Shown here one piece after another: positions 27,571 through 36,331 of a stretch of DNA of 64,000 nucleotides (positions are counted from its first letter, which is position 1; each line of letters begins with the position of its first letter). The position numbers and the translations under genes were made by a program. This stretch comes from Candidatus Enterousia sp. (lineage in GTDB: Bacteria > Pseudomonadota > Alphaproteobacteria > Rs-D84): contig JAZNVR010000023.1 in assembly GCA_045592905.1 (NCBI GenBank), forward strand, positions 12,986 through 76,985. Direction: 5' to 3'. The notes beneath the pieces were generated by a model. The model had not been told where the DNA came from and did not search any database. It saw only the letters and a program-made list of their open reading frames with translations.

Positions 27571-28134
27571 ATGAGCAAAGGTTGGGATAGTACCGCATTA
27601 AAAAAATTAAAGGCTTTAACTGGCAAGGGTTTATCTACATCTGAAATTGGTAAACGTTTGGGTATGTCAAAAAATGCCATTGTTGGGAAACTGAACAGAT
27701 TGGGTTGGAATGCCAAGGCTGGTGGTGCAGCCACCGCTGTAATCCCAGAAAAGAAAACAACGAAAAAAGTTGCTGGGACAGCAAAGAAAACAGCAACGGT
27801 AAGCAAAACAGAAAGTGCAAAAAAAACCGCAGCGGTTAAAGTTGTAAAAAAAGCACCTGTCAAAGCAGTTGTAAAAAAAGCCGTTGAAAAAAAGACTGAC
27901 GTTAAGGGAACTGTGTCGTCTAAGAAAACTGCCAAGGATTTAGCGGTGCATCAACGTATTATTCAACATTCACTTGAAATGGCAAATCTGAAGCCAAATC
28001 AATGTCGTTGGCCGATTGGGGATCCAGATTCAGAACATTTTCATTTCTGTGGCGAAACAGTTTTTGTTGGAAAGCCATATTGTTATGAACATTGTAAACA
28101 AGCATATCAGTTTAACCCGCCAAAGAAAAAATAA
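27571..28134 (+). CDS. gcrA: cell-cycle transcriptional regulator GcrA
   Basis: N-terminus W....LKKL...GLS.SEIGKRLG.SKNAIVGKLNRLG and C-terminus CRWPIGDP....FHFCG......PYC..H match the GcrA family of Alphaproteobacteria. Confidence 0.9.
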   Translation: MSKGWDSTALKKLKALTGKGLSTSEIGKRLGMSKNAIVGKLNRLGWNAKAGGAATAVIPEKKTTKKVAGTAKKTATVSKTESAKKTAAVKVVKKAPVKAVVKKAVEKKTDVKGTVSSKKTAKDLAVHQRIIQHSLEMANLKPNQCRWPIGDPDSEHFHFCGETVFVGKPYCYEHCKQAYQFNPPKKK

Positions 28135-28149
28135 TACAGGGATTTATAC

Positions 28150-30432
28150 ATGACAAACGAGAGAGAAACTTTTTTTCAGCCCTTGACAATGGTGGATTAT
28201 GATATCGCAGGAAATTCGTTTCGTGCGTATTATGATGTAGATAAAAAACTTGTCTTTGTGATTGATTTCTTGACCAGTGATATAAAACCAAATGTTTTGT
28301 TGGTAATAAATCCTGTTGGGGATCGTAAATGGGATGATATTCTGGAAAATGATTATGGCGTTGATTTAGAAACTGTTCGCCCAAAGAAAGATAATAAATA
28401 TCAGAAATTAGATATTGAATATGCTGGTTTGTCTGAATATGATGAACTGATTGCTGCATATGAATCTGGTAATAATTTGAATCAAAAACTGGATGCGTTG
28501 ACAGAATTTCGCCATGTTGCTGCAACACGTGCCGCAATTGAACGTTTGGGGGCTGCTGAATTAACGGTTAAACGCAGTCGTGAAACAATTGATAAAACAG
28601 ACGTTAAAATACAAGATTTGCAAGAAAAATTGAAAAAATTACGCTTAAAGTTGTCTGATGCAAGACAATCTATTGGTAAAGAACCAACCAAGCAGTCTGC
28701 ATCCAAAATATTGCGTATTGAATCACAAATAGATTCTACAAATGATAAGATAAAACGTGCAAAAAAACGCCTGAATAATGCACAAAATCGTTTAAGTGCT
28801 GCAGAAGATGAAATTGAAGTTGCACAGTATATCTTAAATAAATTAAAGGTAAATTTGCCTGCGGAACCTGTGCCGGCTCAAATTGTTGTATCAGAACCTG
28901 CACCTGTTCCTGTGGTCAATGATGATATTATATATGAAGAAACAAAGGCGGATGATATGGATGATGATGTAAAACCATTGTTTGATACAGACCCAAAAAT
29001 TCTTGATGAAGAAATTGCCTTTAAACCAATTAATTTTGGAACAGATTCAACAACAATCGTATCCAGCGGTTCGCAACCTGTAAACAACACGTTTACAGAA
29101 GATGTCAACGATGATACAGATGATGATTCCGAAGAAACTATGCCTGTCGTGTCTGTGCCGATGGGGGGGTATTCTGAAAATACAGAATATGAAGAAGATG
29201 ACGATGAAGATGAACAAAAACAAGAAAATATTGTTCAGCCATTGTCTTTTACACCACCGGTCAGTTTTGAACCTGTTGCAGAAGAATCTGACACAGAAAT
29301 AGAAAACGAAGAAAATACAACAAAACCTATGTTGGATGGGTTTACACCAATTCCATTTGGTTCTGAACATGAAGAATTAAACGTTTGGGAAGAACCTGTG
29401 ATTGATATGCCGACTGTTTATCCGATGAACGAAAATGCATCTGAAAAACAAGAAAGTACAGAACAAAATGTAATGCCTGTGCCAGAATATGTTTCGGAAC
29501 CAGTTGTTGCTGATACAAATGATGTTGCTGTTGCACCTGTTACATCCAGTTTGCGTCCTGTGTCCCCTATTTCTGGTGGTGCAGATGTGGCACCTGTGGT
29601 GGCTGTTGCCCCGGTTGCAGGGGGAAATAAAAAACCAACAATGCTGTATTATGTTTTATTGATTGTTTTGATTGTTTTGTCTGTGTTTACATTGTGGGTT
29701 TATCAGAATTCTGCAAATGATGTTATGCCTGAACTTGGGGTAAAGACAGAAACAGCCGCTGTTGTTTCAGAATCAGAAGATGTTGTAACTGATGTAGCCC
29801 CTGTGGCGGTGCCAGACGTTGTTGACGAAGAAGTTGTTGTTACAGAAGATATTGCAGAAGAAGTTGTCCCAGAAACAACAGATGTGGTTGTGCCAGACGT
29901 TGAGCCAACACCAGTAGAAGTTACAGAGCCTGTTGTTGAAACTGTTGTTGCGGATGCAACAATTGTTCCCGTTACACAGGAAAAAACAGAAAATACAGAT
30001 ACTGATGTTGCCGAACAGGCGGACGTGATAAGCCCGTTTATAAATTTATCTGCTGATACAATATTTAGAAATGTGCCAGATGCACCAGAACCAGAACCAA
30101 CTAAAATTCCAACCGAAGAAGAAATATTGGCATCAAAACCTGCCTATGGTGTTTCGCAGAATGAGAATATGTTTGTTGCAGCACCAGAATATGAAACAGA
30201 TGTTGATATTGTTGCACCTGTTGAAGAAGTGTCAGCACCGGTTGTTGAAATCGCAGAACCAACAGTTGTCACAGAATATGCAGAAGAAGAATATATGGAA
30301 GAAGAAACCTGTTCTGATGGCAATCCACCTGATATGTATGGGTGCTGTACTGGTGAAGATTTTGTCTTGTTGCCAGATGGCGAACGTGCGTGCTGTGCAG
30401 AAAGTACAGGCGAATGCTTCCCGCCAATGTAA
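28150..30432 (+). CDS. 760-aa acidic bitopic protein: cytoplasmic coiled-coil, one TM, V/E/P/T-rich exterior, C-terminal 7-Cys knot
   Basis: TM KKPTMLYYVLLIVLIVLSVFTLWVY sits mid-protein, with long D/E-rich low-complexity regions. The end is ETCSDGNPPDMYGCCTGEDFVLLPDGERACCAESTGECFPPM. Confidence 0.75.
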   Translation: MTNERETFFQPLTMVDYDIAGNSFRAYYDVDKKLVFVIDFLTSDIKPNVLLVINPVGDRKWDDILENDYGVDLETVRPKKDNKYQKLDIEYAGLSEYDELIAAYESGNNLNQKLDALTEFRHVAATRAAIERLGAAELTVKRSRETIDKTDVKIQDLQEKLKKLRLKLSDARQSIGKEPTKQSASKILRIESQIDSTNDKIKRAKKRLNNAQNRLSAAEDEIEVAQYILNKLKVNLPAEPVPAQIVVSEPAPVPVVNDDIIYEETKADDMDDDVKPLFDTDPKILDEEIAFKPINFGTDSTTIVSSGSQPVNNTFTEDVNDDTDDDSEETMPVVSVPMGGYSENTEYEEDDDEDEQKQENIVQPLSFTPPVSFEPVAEESDTEIENEENTTKPMLDGFTPIPFGSEHEELNVWEEPVIDMPTVYPMNENASEKQESTEQNVMPVPEYVSEPVVADTNDVAVAPVTSSLRPVSPISGGADVAPVVAVAPVAGGNKKPTMLYYVLLIVLIVLSVFTLWVYQNSANDVMPELGVKTETAAVVSESEDVVTDVAPVAVPDVVDEEVVVTEDIAEEVVPETTDVVVPDVEPTPVEVTEPVVETVVADATIVPVTQEKTENTDTDVAEQADVISPFINLSADTIFRNVPDAPEPEPTKIPTEEEILASKPAYGVSQNENMFVAAPEYETDVDIVAPVEEVSAPVVEIAEPTVVTEYAEEEYMEEETCSDGNPPDMYGCCTGEDFVLLPDGERACCAESTGECFPPM

Positions 30433-30458
30433 ATAAATTAAATATAATAATTCATCTA

Positions 30459-30480
30459 CAAGCGGTGCCAGCACCGCTTG
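30459..30480 (+). terminator. hairpin after the 760-aa gene (weak U-tract)
   Basis: CAAGCGGTGC-CA-GCACCGCTTG, then TATTTAT. Confidence 0.5.
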
Positions 30481-30535
30481 TATTTATATCGTTCTATTTA
30501 ATTTCTTTGCTAAATTGCAGGCAGTGTTTTTTTAT

Positions 30536-30564
30536 TTGTATATGAATAAAAAATCTGGTATAAT
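30536..30564 (+). promoter_or_regulatory. sigma70-type promoter for RNA leader copy 2
   Basis: TTGTAT, a 17-nt spacer, then TGgTATAAT (extended -10). Confidence 0.55.
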
Positions 30565-30569
30565 AATCT

Positions 30570-30818
30570 TGAAATCATAGGGATATGGTTTCGGGGACTT
30601 AAGAAATCCCGTATTTGGCGATACAGTGATGTATTGATATCCGACCAAGGTAAAATATTTGGCGCGGATGCGCTTTTTATTTTATCAAAAATCCCGATAA
30701 TTGTTGTCGGGGTGCCTGTGGCTATAACACAGTGCTGTGCACAAAGGCCACAGGGGTCATTCCAAATATGATTTTCTTAACACCCCGACCGTCATATTCT
30801 ATGACGGTTTTTGTTTTT
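30570..30818 (+). promoter_or_regulatory. structured RNA leader, copy 2 of the unclassified motif, ending in an intrinsic terminator
   Basis: It has the same blocks and helices as 15837-16048. The terminator is ACCGUCAU-AUUCU-AUGACGGU plus a U-run (30788-30818), and GGGG-N6-AUG follows. Confidence 0.6.
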
Positions 30819-30829
30819 CGGGGAAAACG

Positions 30830-31120
30830 ATGAAACGAATATTGTTTTTTGTATTTATGTTATTGCCAATATCTGCCACAGCATCAGATGTTGTGGCATT
30901 GCAGACGCAAATTGATTTATTGCGTAATGAAATAACACAACTGGATAAAGATTTAATGGAATGTAAACAGGGGTTAAAGGGGTGGACCGCTGCGACCGCA
31001 TTGGGCGCGGTTGGAACTGTGGCAACTGGGGTTGGTGCAACGATTCAAGGGGTCAGTTTGCATAAATTAAAAAAAGAACAACAACAAGAAAAACAAAAAT
31101 CAACCGAAACGGAAAAATAA
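30830..31120 (+). CDS. small secreted coiled-coil / glycine-zipper protein (paralogue 1)
   Basis: The ATG at 30830 follows GGGGAAAACG. Signal peptide MKRILFFVFMLLPISATA, a coiled-coil with a single Cys, then AATALGAVGTVATGVGATIQG. The 30737 start would lie inside the RNA leader. Confidence 0.7.
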   Translation: MKRILFFVFMLLPISATASDVVALQTQIDLLRNEITQLDKDLMECKQGLKGWTAATALGAVGTVATGVGATIQGVSLHKLKKEQQQEKQKSTETEK

Positions 31121-31509
31121 TGATTAGATATTTATTTGTTATTGGTTTGTTTATTTGTTTCGGCACAACAGTGTTTGCCAATGATATGTATATCCAAATA
31201 CTGAATGCACAGATTGAACAGTTGACTGCGGAACGCGATGCAAAACGCATGGAATTGGACGAGTGTCAAGATAAACAAAAAAAGATGAAGGTTGCAGGTT
31301 CTGTGACAATGGCAACAGCCGGTGTTGGTTTGGGGGTAAATATTGCATTGGCATCAAAACTTGCCAGCGAGAAATCTGGTGGTCCTTTGGCCAGTGGTGC
31401 CGGAATGCCACGGGATACAAGGTCACAAGAACAAAAGAATTGTGATAGTTGTCAAATGTTCAAAAAAAGGAATATATCACCGATGCCCGGTGAATGTAGT
31501 GGTTGTTGA
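31120..31509 (+). CDS. small secreted coiled-coil / glycine-zipper protein (paralogue 2) with Cys-rich tail
   Basis: Its start overlaps the upstream stop (TAATG). The layout is the same (LDECQD...AGSVTMATAGVGLGVNIALA), plus the C-terminal CDSC...GECSGC. Confidence 0.7.
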   Translation: MIRYLFVIGLFICFGTTVFANDMYIQILNAQIEQLTAERDAKRMELDECQDKQKKMKVAGSVTMATAGVGLGVNIALASKLASEKSGGPLASGAGMPRDTRSQEQKNCDSCQMFKKRNISPMPGECSGC

Positions 31510-31530
31510 TATATAAAAAAAGGAGAAAAA

Positions 31531-32193
31531 ATGAAAAAAATATCTGTTATATCGTTGGCTGCGTTGATTGGCGGGACGTGTGTTGCGTCTGCAGCAACAT
31601 TAAAAGAAACTTGCTTGGCAAATCCAGAATATTTTGTCTGGGTTGAAAAGACGTCTGATTGTGCAACTGTGCATCCATGTGAGGATCCGTCTGATCCGCA
31701 TTACGCATTTTATTGCAATACTGCATTCAAAGATATTCAGGTGGCAAGTGTTCGTGAAGCACAAGAATTGGCAAATTTGTTCGTGTCAAAACGTATGGGG
31801 GTAACGTGTTCTTTCTTGGCAGCACAAGACGCGAAGTTGGTTGGTCAAGATTATGTTGGTTGCAAAACATCAGATGGTGGATTTATAGAATTCGAATTTG
31901 ATGATTATTCTGAACATGGATCTTCTACGGCTGATTTTTCATATGAATTGGGTAAATGTATCGCGTATGGCGGGAAACCAACATTGGCTGATATTGCCAG
32001 TTCACAAGATGTGTTGGGTGTTCCGACAGAAGCGGGTTTAGAAGGTGGTATAGCTGTAAAACAAGAAAATTTAATTGGTGGTTCACGTAAGACAATTGAA
32101 TGCTATAATGTTAGTGAATCGCAGTGTAAAGAAATGTATTCTGATCGTGCGACTTACAACCCGACAAATAAATTGTGTACATTACATAGATAA
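31531..32193 (+). CDS. secreted Cys-rich hypothetical protein
   Basis: RBS AAAGGAGAAAAA-ATG and signal peptide ...CVASAA. 220 aa with about a dozen Cys. Confidence 0.75.
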   Translation: MKKISVISLAALIGGTCVASAATLKETCLANPEYFVWVEKTSDCATVHPCEDPSDPHYAFYCNTAFKDIQVASVREAQELANLFVSKRMGVTCSFLAAQDAKLVGQDYVGCKTSDGGFIEFEFDDYSEHGSSTADFSYELGKCIAYGGKPTLADIASSQDVLGVPTEAGLEGGIAVKQENLIGGSRKTIECYNVSESQCKEMYSDRATYNPTNKLCTLHR

Positions 32194-32219
32194 AAATCCC
32201 CCATTTGGGGGATTTGTTT
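32192..32219 (+). terminator. intrinsic terminator (AUCCCCC...GGGGGAU family)
   Basis: AAAAATCCCCCATTTGGGGGATTTGTTT. Confidence 0.8.
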
Positions 32220-32266
32220 ATTTATGAATTATATGATATACTATCCTGTATATAAAGGAGTTTATT

Positions 32267-32803
32267 ATGGCGGATAATGTTGTGTTAAAATCAAAAGAAA
32301 AGATGGTCTTGATGGAAGTTGTGCGTTCTTTGATTGATAAAAATCAAAGTGCTGTTGTTGAAACACTGCATGACCGGGTTGATGGTAATGTTGCATATGT
32401 GGGTGACGGACCGCATCTGCCAGCACATGGTATGGATTTTGGAAAGAATAATTCCAAGCACATGAACGCAGAACATGCACGCAGTGTAAAACTGGGGGAC
32501 GATATTACAATTACATTTGAAAATGGTAAATATCAGGTTCATACGCCAAATGGAACAGCTGTTGTGCCTGATAATAATTATGATATGCAAACAGCATGGC
32601 GACTGGCGTTGCGTAAATATGAAAAAGGTGTAAAATCTTTACATTCTACGGCATACTATTTTCGTGATGCAGAATTGCAGGATACATATATGAACGATGG
32701 TCCAGAATTAGAAAAAAATTCTAAATTTGAAAAAGCAACAAATAAGTTAAAGAATATGGGTATAACTAAATTTAGATATATGTCTGATAAACAAAATGAT
32801 TAA
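32267..32803 (+). CDS. hypothetical cytoplasmic protein
   Basis: RBS AAAGGAG-N8-ATG. 178 aa with no signal peptide and no recognisable motif. Confidence 0.7.
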   Translation: MADNVVLKSKEKMVLMEVVRSLIDKNQSAVVETLHDRVDGNVAYVGDGPHLPAHGMDFGKNNSKHMNAEHARSVKLGDDITITFENGKYQVHTPNGTAVVPDNNYDMQTAWRLALRKYEKGVKSLHSTAYYFRDAELQDTYMNDGPELEKNSKFEKATNKLKNMGITKFRYMSDKQND

Positions 32804-32833
32804 AAAAATCCCCCACAAACGGGGGATTTTTTT
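32802..32833. terminator. bidirectional intrinsic terminator (AUCCCCC...GGGGGAU family)
   Basis: AAAAAAATCCCCCACAAACGGGGGATTTTTTT lies between convergent genes. Confidence 0.8.
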
Positions 32834-33773
32834 ATCGGGCGACATCACCACGCAAACGTTCGTGACAGACATAGTCTTTTAATTTAAATCCATTATCTGC
32901 GTGCCACTTCAGCATGCCGTTCCAGTTTTCGTCTGGAATTTCAACAGTTGGTAACTTATATGGTGTGCGTGATATCTGTTCACGTGCTTGATTTATATGA
33001 TTTTCGTAAATGTGAACATCGTGCAATTCACCACGCAGTACACCTGGTTGCAGCCCTGCTTCCTTGGCGTATAACATCAATAACAGTGCATACGATGCAA
33101 TGTTATATGGAATGCCCAAGAACATATCACATGAACGCTGGGTCCATATCAGATTCAGTTTGTTGTTATGTACCAATACCTGATGCATGATATGACACGG
33201 TGGTAACGCCATTTGATATTGGTCAACCGGATTCCATGCGTTCACAATAATACGGCGATTGTTTGGATCTGTCTTGATTGTGTTTATTGCATTTGCTAAC
33301 TGGTCAATGCCAGGATATTGTGGTTCAAAGTTCTTTTGTGGGGCTACCGGATTCCAAAAGTATTTGCCACCAAAATGACGCCACTGCCAACCATAAATTG
33401 GCCCCAAATCCCGTTCAGATGACATAAGTTGATTTTTTAATTCTGTTTTTTTGTCGTCTGTCATATTTGGGTTTAATTTGATAGCCTGTTCGTATTTTGG
33501 TTGCCATTTTGTCGGATTAGACCATTCGTCCCAAATGTGACATTTTCTGTCAGCCAGCCATTGTTTGTCTGTTATTCCGTGTATAAAGAATTCTAGTTCT
33601 GTGGCAATGTTTTTTAGGCCCATTTTTTTTGTTGTAACCAATGGGAATCCGTTTGACATGTCGTGTTCAAAGGTTGCACCCCATGGTATGCGCAATGTTC
33701 GTATGCCTGTGCGGTTGTCGGACATTGTCCCATTGTTCAGACAGTTGTTTAATATATCTAGGTATGCTTTCAT
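32832..33773 (-). CDS. thyA: thymidylate synthase (long form with insertion)
   Basis: YLDIL........DRTG.GT......F.......FPL.TTKK, plus the active-site region ALPPCH and DLGPIYG.QWR. Confidence 0.95.
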   Translation of the reverse strand: MKAYLDILNNCLNNGTMSDNRTGIRTLRIPWGATFEHDMSNGFPLVTTKKMGLKNIATELEFFIHGITDKQWLADRKCHIWDEWSNPTKWQPKYEQAIKLNPNMTDDKKTELKNQLMSSERDLGPIYGWQWRHFGGKYFWNPVAPQKNFEPQYPGIDQLANAINTIKTDPNNRRIIVNAWNPVDQYQMALPPCHIMHQVLVHNNKLNLIWTQRSCDMFLGIPYNIASYALLLMLYAKEAGLQPGVLRGELHDVHIYENHINQAREQISRTPYKLPTVEIPDENWNGMLKWHADNGFKLKDYVCHERLRGDVAR

Positions 33774-33791
33774 AATATATGCCTTGTGTAG

Positions 33792-33818
33792 AAAAACGCG
33801 CCGGCTGGTGCGTTTTTT
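33792..33818 (-). terminator. intrinsic terminator after tig
   Basis: The minus strand reads AAAAAACGCACCAGCCGGCGCGTTTTT. Confidence 0.7.
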
Positions 33819-33819
33819 A

Positions 33820-35127
33820 TTATCTTACAGATGCTTGTTTGAACAGATCATCTGCATTAACCTTCTTTTCTTTGGTTTTGACGTGTGTCAACATTGCATC
33901 CAATGCCTTGCGCTCAAACAGCATGCCACGTAGCATTGCTAATGCATTTTGATTCTTGTTATAGAATTCAAATACCTGTTTTGGATCTGGGTAACGTGAT
34001 GCTTCGGCCCAAATGGCTTGTTGCAGGTCTTCACGTGTTACCTCAACTTTGTTTTGTGTACCCCATTCTGCCAAGATTAAGCCTAATTTAACACGACGTT
34101 CTGCTTCTTTGCGTTCTGATTTTTCATCCCATTTATGGTCGCATTTTTCATCATGACAATGTGCGTGTGAACGTTCAAATTCAGATTTTGCCATGTTTAA
34201 TTCTTGTTCAACTAATGTTTCTGGCAAATTCAATTTAACCTTATCTGCCAAGACATCCAGCAGTTCGTTACGCATATCACGTTGTGCCGCTTCACTGTAT
34301 TGTTCGTTGATGATTTTGCGAATATGTTCTTTTAATGCATCAACAGAATCTTGTCCAACCTGTTTTGCCAATTCATCATTTAATTCTGGCAAGATATGTT
34401 TGCGGATTTCATGTACTGTAACTGCAAAGCGTGCGTCTTTGCCAGCCAAGTTTTCTGCGTGATAGTCGGATGGGAATTTTACGTTTACATCAAATTTATC
34501 GCCAACCTTATGACCGATAATTTGATCTTCAAATCCTGGGATGAATGAACCAGAACCTAAAATCAAATGATGTTTTGTTGCTTCGCCACCTTCAAATGCT
34601 TCGTCACCGATAAAGCCCTTGAAATCAATTACAGCAACGTCACCATTTGCCGCTTTGTATTTTTCGTCTTGCTTTTCAGCAACGCTACGGCTTTTGCGGA
34701 TGTTTTCAAGTGCGGTATCTACTTCTTTTTCGTCTAAATCTGTAATTTTTTTGGTTACAGTGATTTTGCCCAAATCAATTTCTGGTAATGTTGGCAAAAT
34801 ATCAAATTCCAGTGAATATTCTGCATCTTTACCAATTTCCCAACCGGCCAAATCAGCCTTTGGTGCACCGGCCAAGCGGATTTTTTTATCTGCGATATAG
34901 TTGTTCAAATCATTGTTCATTAATTTATCAATTGCTTCGCCATATGCAGATGCGTTGTATTTTTGACGCAAGATAGATAATGGAACCTTGCCTGCACGAA
35001 AGCCAGGCATTTTTACTTTCTTGCCGTATTCTAACAGAATTTCATCTGCGGCAGCCTGTAAATCTGTGGCGGAAATTGTGCCGTTAACCGAGTAATGTAA
35101 ATCTTTGATTTTTTCTTTTGTAAACAT
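33820..35127 (-). CDS. tig: trigger factor
   Basis: The N-terminal ribosome-binding GFRAGKVP motif, a central FKBP-type PPIase (VIDF.GF..GE.FEGG) and a C-terminal helical arm are present. Confidence 0.95.
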   Translation of the reverse strand: MFTKEKIKDLHYSVNGTISATDLQAAADEILLEYGKKVKMPGFRAGKVPLSILRQKYNASAYGEAIDKLMNNDLNNYIADKKIRLAGAPKADLAGWEIGKDAEYSLEFDILPTLPEIDLGKITVTKKITDLDEKEVDTALENIRKSRSVAEKQDEKYKAANGDVAVIDFKGFIGDEAFEGGEATKHHLILGSGSFIPGFEDQIIGHKVGDKFDVNVKFPSDYHAENLAGKDARFAVTVHEIRKHILPELNDELAKQVGQDSVDALKEHIRKIINEQYSEAAQRDMRNELLDVLADKVKLNLPETLVEQELNMAKSEFERSHAHCHDEKCDHKWDEKSERKEAERRVKLGLILAEWGTQNKVEVTREDLQQAIWAEASRYPDPKQVFEFYNKNQNALAMLRGMLFERKALDAMLTHVKTKEKKVNADDLFKQASVR

Positions 35128-35193
35128 ATGTTTCCCCTAATGTGAATTATATTGCCACGTGATTATACAATGTTTTTTAATGAAAGCAATAAT

Positions 35194-35222
35194 AAAAAAA
35201 TCCCCATGGTGGGGATTTTTTT
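35194..35222 (-). terminator. intrinsic terminator after rpsI (AUCCCC...GGGGAU family)
   Basis: AAAAAAATCCCCATGGTGGGGATTTTTTT is symmetrical. Confidence 0.8.
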
Positions 35223-35237
35223 GTTTGTTCCAAACGA

Positions 35238-35720
35238 TTAACGTTTGCTGAACTGTGTAGAACGACGGGCCTTGCGATAACCGTAGTGTTTACGTTCAAC
35301 AACACGACTGTCGCGTGTCAAGAAGCCAGCGGCCTTTAACGCAGCACGTAATTCTGGTTCTATCTTTTCTAATGCCTTAGAGATACCATGTTTAACAGCA
35401 CCTGCTTGCCCAGACAAACCACCACCTTCAACCATTGCAACGATGTCGTATGCGGTTTCACGTTTTGTGATTTCAAATGGTTGTGCGATAATCATCTGTA
35501 ATACAGCACGACGGAAGTATTCGTTTGATGATTTGCCGTTAACTGTGATGTTGCCCTTGCCTGGCATCAAGTATACACGTGCAACAGAATCTTTACGTTT
35601 ACCTGTTGCGTATGTTGCGTCGTTTAATTTTGGTGTTGCAACTGCTGCCTTGGCAACTGTTTTTTTTGCAGGGGCAGCCTTTTTAACTGTCTTTGTTGCT
35701 GTTTTCTTTGTTTCTGCCAT
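35238..35720 (-). CDS. rpsI: 30S ribosomal protein S9
   Basis: GKRK.S.ARV.L.PG.G...VNG...E.YF and C-terminal [14 protein letters not shown], with a K/A-rich N-terminal extension. Confidence 0.95.
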   Translation of the reverse strand: MAETKKTATKTVKKAAPAKKTVAKAAVATPKLNDATYATGKRKDSVARVYLMPGKGNITVNGKSSNEYFRRAVLQMIIAQPFEITKRETAYDIVAMVEGGGLSGQAGAVKHGISKALEKIEPELRAALKAAGFLTRDSRVVERKHYGYRKARRSTQFSKR

Positions 35721-36193
35721 TATTCGCCCCTTTTGTTTTTGCGGTTCAAACCTGCGAAGTCAATTACCTGTGGATTTTGTGCAGCGTGTTTGTGTTCGCT
35801 GCCTGCGTATACATGCAGTTTTGTCAGGCGTTGATTTGCCAATGCAACTGCTGTACGACGACCCATCATGCGTTTTACTGCGTTGAATACCAATTTTTCT
35901 GGTTTTTCAGAACGCATCTGACCCAATGTGCGTGATTTCAAGGAACCTGTCCACAAAGAGTGCCAGAAGAAACGATCTTTGTCAGCCTTGTGACCAGATA
36001 ATGCAACCTTGTCAGCGTTAATGATAATAACATGATCACCGCAATCCATGTTTGGTGTCCATGTTGGCTTATGCTTGCCACGCAGGATGTTTGCAGTATA
36101 TGCCGCCAAACGACCCAATGTGCATTCTGTTGCGTGAATCAGATACCATTTTGCATCCAATTCGCACTTTTTTAACGATTTTGTCGCTGCCAT
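35720..36193 (-). CDS. rplM: 50S ribosomal protein L13
   Basis: WYLIHA....LGRLAA..A..LRGKHKP.....D.GD.VI..NA is the L13 signature, in the rplM-rpsI operon order. Confidence 0.95.
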   Translation of the reverse strand: MAATKSLKKCELDAKWYLIHATECTLGRLAAYTANILRGKHKPTWTPNMDCGDHVIIINADKVALSGHKADKDRFFWHSLWTGSLKSRTLGQMRSEKPEKLVFNAVKRMMGRRTAVALANQRLTKLHVYAGSEHKHAAQNPQVIDFAGLNRKNKRGE

Positions 36194-36303
36194 TTTATGT
36201 TTTCCTTATGGTTTATAAATTAAAGCGTGGACATTATGACCCAAACCCGCATAAAAGTCAAGAAAAATCAATACGGTATTATTATACCGTACAAATGTTG
36301 TAA

Positions 36304-36329
36304 TAAAAACGCCCGTTTGGGCGTTCTTT
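36304..36329 (-). terminator. intrinsic terminator after the histidine kinase gene
   Basis: The minus strand reads AACGCCC-AAAC-GGGCGTT plus TTTT. Confidence 0.75.
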
Positions 36330-36331
36330 AT

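Noticed and set aside
30737-30829. Longer N-terminus for the 30830 gene (ORF-track start 30737)
   Set aside because: It would be translated through the conserved RNA core and an 8-bp terminator hairpin. The ATG at 30830 has GGGG-N6 upstream and is followed immediately by a signal peptide.
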